NCBI GenBank assembly: GCA_945861635.1
Contig: CAMAWH010000015.1
Location: forward strand, 36,858-100,857
Length of the DNA stretch: 64,000 bases
Direction of reading: 5' to 3'
DNA from: Klebsiella pneumoniae
Lineage (GTDB): Bacteria; Myxococcota_A; UBA796; SXON01
Shown: piece by piece, positions 47,645 to 57,593 of the stretch
How positions within the stretch are numbered: position 1 is the stretch's first letter
Layout of the letters: each line of letters begins with the position of its first letter
The notes under the pieces: generated by a model
What the model was told of the DNA's origin: nothing
Databases searched by the model: none
Seen by the model: only the letters and a program-made list of their open reading frames with translations
Position numbers and translations under genes: made by a program

Positions 47645-48877
47645 CTATCGCTGGCTCGCCAACCGCGCCCGGAGTGCATCAAACGCAACCAATGGTCCGG
47701 CCGAAGGCGAAAAATCAACCTTTCCCGCCTTCACTTCGGCCGCGACGTCACGATACGCCTCCCGAAAGGGCTTCTTGCGACGGAGCGCTTCCGCAGTGGC
47801 GAACAGTGTCCGATCGAGCGGCTGCGGTGTTGCGACGATGGCCGGCGCGAGATGGGCCGCAACGCGCAGGCAAGCCCGCGCCGTCTCGATTCCGCGTACC
47901 AACGGCGCCTTGGTGAGCTGCGCGTCGCGATGGTACCCCCCCGGAAGCGCCATGATGTCCTCGATCTCGCGGCGTGCAGAGCGTACTTTTACCGAGGACG
48001 CGCGGAGTAGCTCCGCGACGTCAGGATTCCGTTTCTGCGGCATGATCGAACTGCCCGTCGTGAACGCGTCCGGCAGGCGCACGAGACTGAATTCGGCGCT
48101 TGAAAATAGGGTTAGATCCCACGCCCAGCGGGCGAGCAGCCCCGTTGCCGCCCCCAAGGCCCCGAGCGCGGAGGCCTCCACCAAGCCGCGCGTCAACTGA
48201 CAGGCGGTAACCGGCTCCTCGACAGCCGCGAAACCAAGCAACGTCGCGGCGAGGTCGCGGTCCAGAGGCACGGGCGTACCGTACCCGGCCGCCGAGCCCA
48301 GTGGGCATCGATTCGCAAGTTTGATCGCGGCGTCCAGGAGAGGCAACGCGTCCACGAGCGCGCCCGCATACCCCCCCGCCCAAAGGGCGTACGAGGACGG
48401 CATCGCCGGCTGCAGGTGGGTGTACCCGGTCAGCGGTTCGGGATTGCGTTCTCCCCACGTCAAGAGCGCTTCCGCTGCCGCACACCACTCGATCTTGGCG
48501 TCGCGCAGTTGCTCTAAAATCCACATGCGAACGTCCGTAAGCACCTGATCGTTTCGACTGCGCCCTGTGTGCAGCTTCCCGGCCAGGGGTCCGATTCGGG
48601 CCGTCAACAGCGCCTCCACCGCCGTGTGCACGTCTTCCTGCTCGCGCGTGATCGTGAAGCGACCTTTCTCGATGTCGCAGCGGATCATTTCCAATCCGAC
48701 GCAAAGCGCATCCGCCTCCGGGGCGGACAACAGGCCCGCGGCCTGCTGCACTCGCACATGCGCGATGGAGCCACGTACGTCGTGATCCGCCCACCGCATG
48801 TCCACGTCCGGATCGTCGCCCACGGTAAACGCCGCAATTAAGGCATCGATTTCCTCTCCCTTGTCCCACAGTCTCAC
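47645..48877 (-). CDS. argH: argininosuccinate lyase
   Basis: EDVHT, LHTGRSRNDQ, GYTHLQPA and TGSSIMPQKRNPD motifs. Confidence 0.95.
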   Translation of the reverse strand: MRLWDKGEEIDALIAAFTVGDDPDVDMRWADHDVRGSIAHVRVQQAAGLLSAPEADALCVGLEMIRCDIEKGRFTITREQEDVHTAVEALLTARIGPLAGKLHTGRSRNDQVLTDVRMWILEQLRDAKIEWCAAAEALLTWGERNPEPLTGYTHLQPAMPSSYALWAGGYAGALVDALPLLDAAIKLANRCPLGSAAGYGTPVPLDRDLAATLLGFAAVEEPVTACQLTRGLVEASALGALGAATGLLARWAWDLTLFSSAEFSLVRLPDAFTTGSSIMPQKRNPDVAELLRASSVKVRSARREIEDIMALPGGYHRDAQLTKAPLVRGIETARACLRVAAHLAPAIVATPQPLDRTLFATAEALRRKKPFREAYRDVAAEVKAGKVDFSPSAGPLVAFDALRARLASQR

Positions 48878-49956
48878 GCGAGCACCGCCTCTATCGCCGA
48901 CCGGTAGGCCGTCACAGCGGCATCCACCATCGCAAGGTCAACCCATTCGTCGGCGGTGTGTGAGACCTCCGACAACCCAGGCCCCCACTTGATCGCGGGG
49001 ACATGCGCGAGGTGCGCCCAGTCGGACAAGGTGGGCGACGAGAATTCGAGGGCCGCCGGAAAGGCGCGGCGCGCGGCGGTGAGGATAGCCGCATCGGCCG
49101 GTGTGGCAACCGGCCGGAATCGGTCGGATCGAACCACAACGGTTGCCCCGATCTGACTGGCGATCAAAGTCACCAGTTCGCCATGGGTGTAGGCCGCGGT
49201 CGTCCGCAGATCGATCGTCCATGTGGCGTGGTCGGGAATGACGTTGTGGCGATCTCCTGCGCGCGCCACGGTGACGACGCATGTCGTCCGGCCGCCGACG
49301 GGATGCAAGCGTTCAAGGAGCAATCCTTCGACGGCAAGGATGTCCCGGGCCATTGCGGAGATGGGATTGTCGGCCAACTGGGGACGCGCAGCGTGACCGG
49401 CGCGGCCAGCGTTCCGGCAATCGAGCACGAGCAGGCCGTTTTGCGCGGTTGCGATGTTCATCCCCGTCGGTTCGCCGATGATTGCCATGTCCGGCGCCGG
49501 AAGAAGCGGTAGAAATGCCTCCAATCCGCCTCTCCCCACCTCCTCTTCGCAGACGGAAGCGAAGATCAGGCGGCCGCGATTCACTCGCGCCGTCGCGCAG
49601 GCCATCGCCATGGCGGCCACGCACCCTTTTGCATCGTTGGCGCCGAGGCCGTAGAGGCGTCCATGTTCGACCGTCGGTACCCATGGCGGCCGGGTCCAGG
49701 ACGGGGTGGCCGGCACGGTGTCGTGATGCGAGCACAGCAGCAGCGTGGGTCCGGTTGCGCCACCTGCACGCACCATGGCAACGTTGTGACCGCTGCGCAC
49801 GACCTCTGCCGAGGCCGCATTGATCTCGCCGCCGACGCTCACGTCACGGCACCACCGTTCCATCAGGTCCGCCGCGGGACCTTCCTCATGGCTCGGCGAC
49901 CGCGCTGCCACAAGCCCACGCAACAGCGCCACAACGTTGACGGCGCCGTCGTCCAT
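48874..49956 (-). CDS. argE: M20 deacetylase (ArgE-like; acetylornithine/acetylcitrulline deacetylase)
   Basis: SHHDTV, YGLGANDAKG, EEE, GEPT and GPG....SHTADE motifs; arg operon context. Confidence 0.8.
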   Translation of the reverse strand: MDDGAVNVVALLRGLVAARSPSHEEGPAADLMERWCRDVSVGGEINAASAEVVRSGHNVAMVRAGGATGPTLLLCSHHDTVPATPSWTRPPWVPTVEHGRLYGLGANDAKGCVAAMAMACATARVNRGRLIFASVCEEEVGRGGLEAFLPLLPAPDMAIIGEPTGMNIATAQNGLLVLDCRNAGRAGHAARPQLADNPISAMARDILAVEGLLLERLHPVGGRTTCVVTVARAGDRHNVIPDHATWTIDLRTTAAYTHGELVTLIASQIGATVVVRSDRFRPVATPADAAILTAARRAFPAALEFSSPTLSDWAHLAHVPAIKWGPGLSEVSHTADEWVDLAMVDAAVTAYRSAIEAVLA

Positions 49957-49964
49957 CCGGACCC

Positions 49965-50861
49965 TTACCCGTCCTCGCGGCGGGTGACCAACATCGTTCC
50001 ACATCCTTCGTTCGTGAAGACTTCGAGGAGCAAGGCGTGGGGGCGCGTGCCGTCGATGATGTGGACGCGCGGAACGCCGCCTCGCAACGCATCGCCAACT
50101 GCCGCGAGCTTCGGCAGCATCCCCCCGGAAACGGCGCCCTGCCTGATCAATTCGTCGACCGTGCCGAGGTCGCCGTAGGACACGAGGCGCCGAGCGTCGG
50201 CAGGGTCCTCCAGCAAACCGGGGACGGACGTACAAAGGAGCAACTTTTCGGCGCCAAGCGCCATCGCCACGCGCGCGCCAATCGTATCGGCGTTCGTGTT
50301 GAGCAAGCCCCCCGCTCCGTCGCCGATCAGGGAGCAGTAGACCGGCACCATTCCCGCGTCAAGCAGCATGCGTGGCAGCGCGACATCGACCGAATCGATG
50401 TCACCGACGAAGCCGAAGTCGACCGTCGTTTCGACTCCTGTCGAGGGGTCACGCATCGTGCGCGGCGGGCGGCGATGGCCGACGACGCTGCCACCATCGC
50501 CCCCGCTCAGGCCGACGGCGCGCACGCCTTGTGCCGCGAGCGCGCCCACTAATTCACTGTTGAGCGCGCCGCGGAAAACCATCCGCGCGAGATCCAACGT
50601 GCGCGCATCGGTGACGCGACGGCCCGCCACGACTTCACGCGGAACGTCCATCTGCGTGCACAGGGCGTCCAATTGAGGGCCGCCACCATGGACAAGTGCC
50701 ACGCGAATGCCGACGTGGTGGAGGAGTGCGACGTCCTCGGCAATCGTGGCGCGCGCGCCGGCATCCGCAAGGATGGAGCCCGATACCTTGATGACGAAGG
50801 TCTTGCCCCGGAAAAGGCGAATGTAGGGGTGGGCGCCAAGGAGCGGGGTGATGCGGTGCAT
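49965..50861 (-). CDS. argB: acetylglutamate kinase
   Basis: FVIKVSG, VHGGGPQ, GRRVTD, DFGFVG, NTNADT and GGMLPK motifs. Confidence 0.92.
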   Translation of the reverse strand: MHRITPLLGAHPYIRLFRGKTFVIKVSGSILADAGARATIAEDVALLHHVGIRVALVHGGGPQLDALCTQMDVPREVVAGRRVTDARTLDLARMVFRGALNSELVGALAAQGVRAVGLSGGDGGSVVGHRRPPRTMRDPSTGVETTVDFGFVGDIDSVDVALPRMLLDAGMVPVYCSLIGDGAGGLLNTNADTIGARVAMALGAEKLLLCTSVPGLLEDPADARRLVSYGDLGTVDELIRQGAVSGGMLPKLAAVGDALRGGVPRVHIIDGTRPHALLLEVFTNEGCGTMLVTRREDG

Positions 50862-50966
50862 GGGGCGCGCGTCTATACCGTTTTGGGGGGGTCGCACGGA
50901 GGGAGTGACAATTCGCCTCAAGCGCGACGGTGGAATGCCGTACAGAGGGCAGGCACGAGGAGTCCC

Positions 50967-51170
50967 ATGCGATTCGGAAACATTGGTCCACCGCCGAACT
51001 TTGTGACCACCCGCGGCGCGATAGCGGCGGCGTTGGCCGAGCGCGTTGGCGCCAAGAACTCCGTCCTCCCGGTGCCCGCCGCAATTCCGGCGCGAGAGAC
51101 GCTGACCGCCGATGCGTGGGCGACGCTCGCGGCACGAGCGGGGGGCGATGCCGGACAGATGCACGGGTAA
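50967..51170 (+). CDS. small hypothetical protein (67 aa)
   Basis: GAGGAG RBS before the ATG; fills the gap between argB and argF'. Confidence 0.4.
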   Translation: MRFGNIGPPPNFVTTRGAIAAALAERVGAKNSVLPVPAAIPARETLTADAWATLAARAGGDAGQMHG

Positions 51171-51233
51171 TCCGCGCCCCTCAAGCCGCCACGCCTCCGC
51201 GCCGATCCACGGGACACTCCCCGGAATGGCCCT

Positions 51234-51329
51234 ATGGATCAACGCACGTTCGAAGAAATCCTGTTCCTGATCGCGGAAGAGTTGGGCGAAATCGACGTGA
51301 TCACGGACGGTCTCGAAGAGATCGTCTAG
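51234..51329 (+). CDS. 31-aa acidic microprotein
   Basis: MDQRTFEEILFLIAEELGEIDVITDGLEEIV*; mostly C/G-ending codons; too short for the ORF track. Confidence 0.4.
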   Translation: MDQRTFEEILFLIAEELGEIDVITDGLEEIV

Positions 51330-51335
51330 GGATCG

Positions 51336-52376
51336 CTACAAGAGCCAGCTGAGCAGCACGGCGGCTTGCACCGGTTCGCGGTTCGCGGCCTGAGGAACGA
51401 CGCGGCTCTTCGGTCCGTCAATCACTTCGTCGGTAACGATGACGTTGCGTCGGACGGGAAGGCAGTGAAGGAAAGCGGTAGCGTTGCGCATCCGTTTGGC
51501 ATCGACCGTCCAGTGTCCGAGGCCCTCGATGCGCGCTTCGTGCTCTTGGCGATTGCGCGCCCGCCAGCCTTTGGCGTAGACGGCGATGGCGCCATCCGCG
51601 GCCTCGTCGGGGTCACGCGTCACGGTGACCCGGGCGCCGGTGTCGCCGCAGAAGCTGCTCGCCCGCGCCATTTCGGCCTCGTCGAGGTCGAAGCCTTCTG
51701 GCACTGCGACGTGCAGGTCAGCCCCGCCGAGGATTGCGGCTCGAACGACGGACAGGGGCACCGCCTGCGGAAGCGGCTTCGGATGGGGCGCCCAGGTCAA
51801 ACACACCTTCCGGCCGGCGAAACCGCCGCCCCCGAGGTCGGATAACGTCAGTTGGTCGGCCAAGCCCTGACAGGGATGTGAAAACGCGCTCTCAAGGTTG
51901 ATGAGCGGCGCGCCGGCATGGGCGGCAAACGCGCGAATCACTTGCTCTTCCTCGTCACCCTTGGGAAATGCCCGGACGGCGAGCACATCGGCGTAGGACG
52001 ACAGGACAGGCGCAGCCTCGCGAACGTGCTCCTGGGCCGATCCGTTCATCACAACGCCATCGTCAAACTCCATCTTCCAAGTGCCCTCCCCGGCTTGAAG
52101 ATACACAAAGTGTGCTCCGAGCCGTCCGGTCGCGACCTCCATCGAGGTGTGCGTGCGAAGGGAAGGGTCGAAAAAGAGCCCCGCAACCGCGCGCCCGCCG
52201 AGAAGCCGCAAACGCCCAATCTCAAGTCGATAGGCGCGGTAGATGCGCGCGAGGTCAAGCAGAGCCGCAGTTCCGGCCACACCCGGTTCGAGGCCGTCAA
52301 TCAGCCGTGTGCCCTTCCAATGCTGCCGGACTTTGGCGACAGCGTCGTGGAGACGCGTTTCGAGGGTGGGTTGCAT
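51336..52376 (-). CDS. argF: N-acetylornithine carbamoyltransferase (ArgF'-type)
   Basis: SLRT, HPCQ and HCLP motifs plus the AOTCase-type WKMEF..GVVMNG..QEH and WAPHPKPLPQAV signatures. Confidence 0.88.
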   Translation of the reverse strand: MQPTLETRLHDAVAKVRQHWKGTRLIDGLEPGVAGTAALLDLARIYRAYRLEIGRLRLLGGRAVAGLFFDPSLRTHTSMEVATGRLGAHFVYLQAGEGTWKMEFDDGVVMNGSAQEHVREAAPVLSSYADVLAVRAFPKGDEEEQVIRAFAAHAGAPLINLESAFSHPCQGLADQLTLSDLGGGGFAGRKVCLTWAPHPKPLPQAVPLSVVRAAILGGADLHVAVPEGFDLDEAEMARASSFCGDTGARVTVTRDPDEAADGAIAVYAKGWRARNRQEHEARIEGLGHWTVDAKRMRNATAFLHCLPVRRNVIVTDEVIDGPKSRVVPQAANREPVQAAVLLSWLL

Positions 52377-53530
52377 CAGAGGCTCCGTAGGGCGTCGGCG
52401 AGCGCGGCGACGGCTTCAAAAGGAAGGTTGAGGGGGGGCATGAGGCGGATGACGGTTGGGTCGTCACTGCCGCCGACGATGAATCCGCGGCTGCGGAGTT
52501 CCGCGACGATCGGTTTCACGGGAGTAGGAAAAACCAGGCCGAGGAGGCAGCCGAGTCCGCGAATCTCGAGATCTGGAAGCGCGTCACGGAGACGACGTTC
52601 TACTTCGGAAGCGCGCGCGACGAGATCCTCCGTACGCAGTACGTGATGCGTGGCCAGGATGGCTGCGCAGGCCATCGGGCCTGCGCCAAACGTGGACCCC
52701 TGATCGCCGTCGCGGGCGGCTTCGGCCAACGCATGATCGACGAGGGTAACCCCGACCGGAAATCCACCTGCCGCACTCTTCGCCGACGTGATGAGGTCGG
52801 CGCGAACACCGAAATACTCCGCGGCAAAAGCGGCACCGAGGCGGCCCCATGCGGTCTGCACCTCGTCGAGAATGAGCAGTGCCCCAACACGATCGCATTC
52901 GGCGCGCAGCCCGACGAGAAACTCGGGTGTGGCCGTTCTCATCCCTGCCAACGATTGGACCGGTTCCAGAATTACCGCGGCCACAGTCGTGTCCAGCGCC
53001 GGCACCTCTCCCCAGGGTACGAATCGCGTGTGGCCCAACTGCACCACCGGATACGACCGATACTTCTCCGAGTGTGTCACCGCCAAGGCACCCATCGTAC
53101 GACCGTGAAAACCACCTTCAAAAGCTACGACATCGGTGCGTCCCGTGTGGTGTCGCGCCATCTTTAGCGCGACCTCGTTCGCTTCCGCCCCGGAGTTCGA
53201 CAAGAAAACGCGGGAGAGGTTGTCGGGCGCGAATTCGACGATTGCACGGCAGGCCGCCGCCCGAACCGGTGTGGACACGACATTGGAAAAGAACGCCATT
53301 CGCCGGGCCTGTTCACCGACCACCGCGACCCAGACGGGATGGGAGTGCCCGATCAGAGCGACCGCATGCCCGCCGTAGAAATCCCAGTACGCGCGGCCGT
53401 CGGCGTCCCACACCCGGGAACCGGCCCCACGGACGAGCGTGAGCGGGAGCTTGGCGTAGGTTGCCAACTGCCAATTCGATTCGGCGCCCGGATTTCCGAT
53501 CAGTTGGTCGAGCAGGCCCTCGTGTATCAT
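52376..53530 (-). CDS. argD: acetylornithine aminotransferase
   Basis: DFYGGHAV, NSGAEANE, FHGRT, LEPVQ, DEVQT and GSTFG motifs; arg operon context. Confidence 0.85.
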   Translation of the reverse strand: MIHEGLLDQLIGNPGAESNWQLATYAKLPLTLVRGAGSRVWDADGRAYWDFYGGHAVALIGHSHPVWVAVVGEQARRMAFFSNVVSTPVRAAACRAIVEFAPDNLSRVFLSNSGAEANEVALKMARHHTGRTDVVAFEGGFHGRTMGALAVTHSEKYRSYPVVQLGHTRFVPWGEVPALDTTVAAVILEPVQSLAGMRTATPEFLVGLRAECDRVGALLILDEVQTAWGRLGAAFAAEYFGVRADLITSAKSAAGGFPVGVTLVDHALAEAARDGDQGSTFGAGPMACAAILATHHVLRTEDLVARASEVERRLRDALPDLEIRGLGCLLGLVFPTPVKPIVAELRSRGFIVGGSDDPTVIRLMPPLNLPFEAVAALADALRSL

Positions 53531-54480
53531 TATGGTACGGCCTGCAAGCTGGTCAATCCCAGATCGATGGGCCAGCCCATCGAGAGGTTCAAGTTCGACA
53601 CGGCCTGTGAACCGGCGCCGCGGCACAGATTGTCGATCGCACAGAAAACAACGGTTGCATCTGGTGTTTCGACGACACCGATGTCAGCCCGCGGGGAGCC
53701 GAGGACGTGCAGGATTTCCGGGGGCCGTTCGATCACCCGAACGAGTGGATTCCCGGCATAGAACTCATGCCATAGCGATGCGGGTACGCGTGGCAGTTGG
53801 AGCGACACGAGGATGCCGCGACGAATGGGGGCAGAAATGGGCACGAAATCGAGTTGGATGTCTCCGATTGCGCGCTCAACCTCCGGAACGTGCTGATGGC
53901 AAAGCACCTTGTACGGGCGTAGGTTCTCGGCGCGCTGCGGGTGATGCGTGCCGCCGCCGGGTGTGACGCCGCTGCCCGTGGAGCCGGTGAGCCCGGTTGC
54001 CTGGATGCGGCCGGAAACCTTCCCGGAGAGCGGTAAAAGCGCGAGGGTCAGCGCCGTCGCGAAGCACCCTGGATTCGCGATGCGCTTCGCCCGGAGCAGA
54101 CGCTCAGCGCCCAATTCCGGCAAGCCGTAGATCCACTCGGGCGTTTCCCGGGGGAACTCGTAGTGGCGAGCGTGCAGCGAACTCGGCAGACGATGATCGC
54201 CGCTCAGGTCGATCACGATGTCAGCGGAAAGGCCGGGGGCCAGCAGGGCCGCCTGACCGTGGGGAAGGCAGAGAAAGAGTACATCTGCCGGTGGTATTTT
54301 GGCGGTCACGGGTACGGCTGGCAGTTGGGGCCAGACGTCACGCGTCGTTTTTCCATCGTGTTGCCGAGACGTCGCGCCGACGACCGTCAGCGCCGGGTGC
54401 TGGAAGCACCAACGCAGGGTTTCGGCGCCGGTGTACCCGGAGGCGCCGACGACGGCGACCGTGAGCTTGTCAGCCGGCAT
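53530..54480 (-). CDS. argC: N-acetyl-gamma-glutamyl-phosphate reductase
   Basis: GASGYTG, CLPHG, DLSGDHR, YGLPE, IANPGCFAT, HQHVPE and IDNL.RGAGSQA motifs. Confidence 0.93.
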   Translation of the reverse strand: MPADKLTVAVVGASGYTGAETLRWCFQHPALTVVGATSRQHDGKTTRDVWPQLPAVPVTAKIPPADVLFLCLPHGQAALLAPGLSADIVIDLSGDHRLPSSLHARHYEFPRETPEWIYGLPELGAERLLRAKRIANPGCFATALTLALLPLSGKVSGRIQATGLTGSTGSGVTPGGGTHHPQRAENLRPYKVLCHQHVPEVERAIGDIQLDFVPISAPIRRGILVSLQLPRVPASLWHEFYAGNPLVRVIERPPEILHVLGSPRADIGVVETPDATVVFCAIDNLCRGAGSQAVSNLNLSMGWPIDLGLTSLQAVP

Positions 54481-55531
54481 GGACGCCGAGCGCTGCGGCC
54501 ACGACCGCCGCCAGCGCGTCGCCGCTGGTCCGGGCGTTGACGGCCGGGATGCCAAGGCGATCCTCCACGAAACGCCGACCGACCGCGTTGTCCGTGGTGG
54601 GGCCCGAAATAACCGTCAGCGTGAGCTTCAGATCGTCGCGGAAATGCAGTGCCGCACCCCACGCGCCCACGGGATCGTTCGCGCAGCAGATGTGCGCCAG
54701 TCCCGGCCTCATGAGGTCATCCGCTCGGAGAATTTCAGCGACTCCGTAGTCACCCATGATGCCGTCCCCCAACTCAATCACGATGCAGTCGAGCTTGACG
54801 CCGTGCATCGGCTCGTTCAGCGCCCGGATCACGCCGCGAGCCACCGGCAACGATGTTTCCGGGCGCGTCGAAACGATGCCGGCGTCATTGAAGGACAGCG
54901 CTCGTGCGGCGCCGACATCCTCCATTTTCAGGGTGTCGCGGCGCAGCGAGACGCCCGTTAACTTGGCGGCACCCACCTTCAGGCCCCGGCGCGCCAGACC
55001 CCGAATAATCTCACATGCAGCATACGTTTTCCCCGCGTTCATGCACGTGCCGGAAACGTACGCGATCGGAATTGAGGCTTCGAGGTGATCGGCGAGGGGC
55101 AACGCACCGGTCCGGATGCTCGCCGGCAGTCCGCGCCGCTCACCCAGATGGGGGAAGGAAAGAATCTGCCCAAGCACTTCCACTCGGCAGGCCGGCCCGA
55201 CGTCGGGGTTTGCCGAGGTGCAGAGTCCGATGACGCCGCCAAGATTGAGGAGATGGAGGATGTCACCGACCGCAACTTTACTTGGAACGATGCCGGTGTA
55301 TCCATGCAGCGCACGTCGTTCGCCGAGGACGCCAGCCAGGACGTCACCCTCGTTGACCGTTGCCATGCGTCCGTGCTCGTCTTCAATTTCGTTGTAGACC
55401 TGTTTTCGATCCAGCGCCCGCACCGCAACGACGGATCCCTCCTCCGCGATGATGGTATCGGAAAGGGTCACCTCACGGGGTAGGCGGCAATTACGGGTCG
55501 CAGACGCGATTTTATTGAGGCGGACCTTCAC
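54470..55531 (-). CDS. DUF1611-like P-loop protein inside the arg operon
   Basis: KIASAT N-terminus; GTCMNAGKT P-loop; AAKLTGVSLRRD; F.DAG..ST; ELGDGIMG.YGV; SGPTTDN. Overlaps argG (GTGA) and argC. Confidence 0.7.
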   Translation of the reverse strand: MKVRLNKIASATRNCRLPREVTLSDTIIAEEGSVVAVRALDRKQVYNEIEDEHGRMATVNEGDVLAGVLGERRALHGYTGIVPSKVAVGDILHLLNLGGVIGLCTSANPDVGPACRVEVLGQILSFPHLGERRGLPASIRTGALPLADHLEASIPIAYVSGTCMNAGKTYAACEIIRGLARRGLKVGAAKLTGVSLRRDTLKMEDVGAARALSFNDAGIVSTRPETSLPVARGVIRALNEPMHGVKLDCIVIELGDGIMGDYGVAEILRADDLMRPGLAHICCANDPVGAWGAALHFRDDLKLTLTVISGPTTDNAVGRRFVEDRLGIPAVNARTSGDALAAVVAAALGVHAG

Positions 55532-56700
55532 TTCGCCTCCCGCGCGCGGGCGGCGAGAACGCCCTGGAGCCCGTACACCGCGCAAAAGCCGCGTGCGTCG
55601 GCGTTGGACCACAATCCATTTTCCTCGCCATATTTCCCCACCCGTTCGTCCATCATCGAGTAGGGAGAGCGAACGCCGCGAACCTCTACGCGGCCCTGTT
55701 CGAGTTGTACGCGCACATCTCCGCACACAACCGTCTGCGAACTCTCGAGAAACGCCTCGATATCGCGCATCACCGGGTCGAAGAACTGCCCTTCGTGCAG
55801 GAGCATTCCGTAGAAATTACCAAGCGTTTCCTTCTGCACCTGCTGCCAACGCGTCAGCACCAGCTTTTCCAACTCGCGGTGGGCATCGATCAGGATGGCC
55901 GCCGCCGGTGCCTCGAACGCAATCCGGCCCTTGATGCCGAGAATGGTGTCGCCGAGGTGGTAGTTGCGGCCGATGCCATGTCGGGCGCCCAGCGCGTTCA
56001 ATTCCTCCACGCGGGTGAGTCCGCCGATGGGTTCCCCGTGATCGAAAGAAACCACGATCTCCTCCCCTCCAATGGGAGCTCTGGACGGCGTCACGGTCGT
56101 CGGCCAGGCATCCTCGGGGATGGACTGCCAGCTGTCGTGGGTCTCGCGGCCGCCAATCGTGACGCCCCAGAGCCCGGAATTGACGGAGTAGTCACGTCGT
56201 GCGGCGGAAATCGGAAAGCCCTGCGCGGCCAGGAATGCCGCGCTTTGAGCGCGGGTGATCCGCTCGTCGCGGATGGGAGTGAGGATGTGGGTGCCGGGCA
56301 GGAGCGTCCGGATGGCGACGTCGAAGCGGATTTGGTCGTTTCCGGCGCCGGTGGAACCGTGGCACACGGCATCGCATCGCGACTGTTTCGCCGTTTCGGC
56401 GATCACCTGGGCCTGTACGACTCGCTCCGCCCCGACGCACAGTGGGTACACGCCACCCCGCCGCACATTCGCCCGGATGAGCCAGCGAATGTGTTGCTGA
56501 TACACGCGCTCTCGTGCATCGACGAGGGAATACTCTGCGGCGCCCATTTCCTGCGCGCGGTGGGCGATGGCGGCTCGTTCGGCGCCGTCGAGTCCGCCGG
56601 TATCGACGGTGACGGCGTGGACCTCATGCCCCTCCGTGGCGAACCGACGGAGCAGGTAGGACGTATCAAGTCCGCCGGAGTAGGCGAGGAGCACGCGCAT
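55528..56700 (-). CDS. argG: argininosuccinate synthase
   Basis: LAYSGGLDTS, HGSTGAGNDQIRF and GIKGRIAFEAP motifs. Confidence 0.95.
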   Translation of the reverse strand: MRVLLAYSGGLDTSYLLRRFATEGHEVHAVTVDTGGLDGAERAAIAHRAQEMGAAEYSLVDARERVYQQHIRWLIRANVRRGGVYPLCVGAERVVQAQVIAETAKQSRCDAVCHGSTGAGNDQIRFDVAIRTLLPGTHILTPIRDERITRAQSAAFLAAQGFPISAARRDYSVNSGLWGVTIGGRETHDSWQSIPEDAWPTTVTPSRAPIGGEEIVVSFDHGEPIGGLTRVEELNALGARHGIGRNYHLGDTILGIKGRIAFEAPAAAILIDAHRELEKLVLTRWQQVQKETLGNFYGMLLHEGQFFDPVMRDIEAFLESSQTVVCGDVRVQLEQGRVEVRGVRSPYSMMDERVGKYGEENGLWSNADARGFCAVYGLQGVLAARAREAK

Positions 56701-56725
56701 CGGGACACCCGGGAGGCCGCCGCGT

Positions 56726-57586
56726 CTATCGGGGCGGCTCCCCCCCGTCCAACCGCCCGGAGACGACCCGTTCGACGCCGGACAGATCACGATGGCATTC
56801 GGTCGTCAGGCCGAACTCCCGCATCACGCTCGCCACGGCTTCTGCCTGCCCTTTCCCCACCTCGACGAGCAAGCCTCGGCGCGCGCGGGCGGCCGCCAAC
56901 GGAATCAACTGGCGATAGACGTCGAGGCCGTCCAGGCCTCCGTCAAGCGCGAGCCGCGGCTCGTGATCCCGAACCTCGGGTTCCAGTCCCGCCAGCGCCT
57001 CCGTGGGGATGTACGGGGGATTGGAGACCACCCAATCAATCGGTCGTGAAACGGGAATGGCGCTGAGCAGCGGCCCGCGAAGCACACCGACGCGCCCGGC
57101 GAGCCCGTGCCGATCCACATTGATTCGCGTGACAGCCAGTGCCTCGTCCGAAACGTCAACGGCATACAGCCGGACGCCCGGGCGCTCCAGCGCCAACGTC
57201 AGGCCGACGCACCCGGTGCCGGTGCCCACGTCCGCAATGTAGATGGGATCGGCATCTCCGATGGCAGCGAGGGCCACCTCGACGAGCGTTTCCGTGTCTG
57301 GCCGGGGCACCAGCACGCCCGGGCCGACGGCGAACGGATGGCCAAAGAACTCCTTTTCCCCGAGTATCCACGCCAGAGGTTCGCGAGCGCCGCGTCTCCG
57401 CACCGGGCCCCGCAATGCCTCCAACTCCGGATCCGACATCGGCCGATCGAAGTTCAGATAGACCTTGACACGGTCGAGCCCGAGCAGGTGGCCGATCAAC
57501 AACTCAGCATCGAGTCTCGGCGTTCCGATGCCCCGCGAGCGAAAATATTCGGTCGTCCGGGTCAGAACGTCGATGAGCGGCGTCAT
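56726..57586 (-). CDS. prmC: release factor glutamine methyltransferase
   Basis: PRLDAELL, EPLAWILG, LVPRPDTE, DVGTGTG and SNPPY motifs. Confidence 0.95.
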   Translation of the reverse strand: MTPLIDVLTRTTEYFRSRGIGTPRLDAELLIGHLLGLDRVKVYLNFDRPMSDPELEALRGPVRRRGAREPLAWILGEKEFFGHPFAVGPGVLVPRPDTETLVEVALAAIGDADPIYIADVGTGTGCVGLTLALERPGVRLYAVDVSDEALAVTRINVDRHGLAGRVGVLRGPLLSAIPVSRPIDWVVSNPPYIPTEALAGLEPEVRDHEPRLALDGGLDGLDVYRQLIPLAAARARRGLLVEVGKGQAEAVASVMREFGLTTECHRDLSGVERVVSGRLDGGEPPR

Positions 57587-57593
57587 TCCTGCA

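Noticed and set aside
51234-51329. LysW-type amino-group carrier for arginine synthesis
   Set aside because: No zinc-binding Cys pairs, no C-terminal EDWGE, no LysX/ArgX ligase nearby, and the operon is of the acetylated type.
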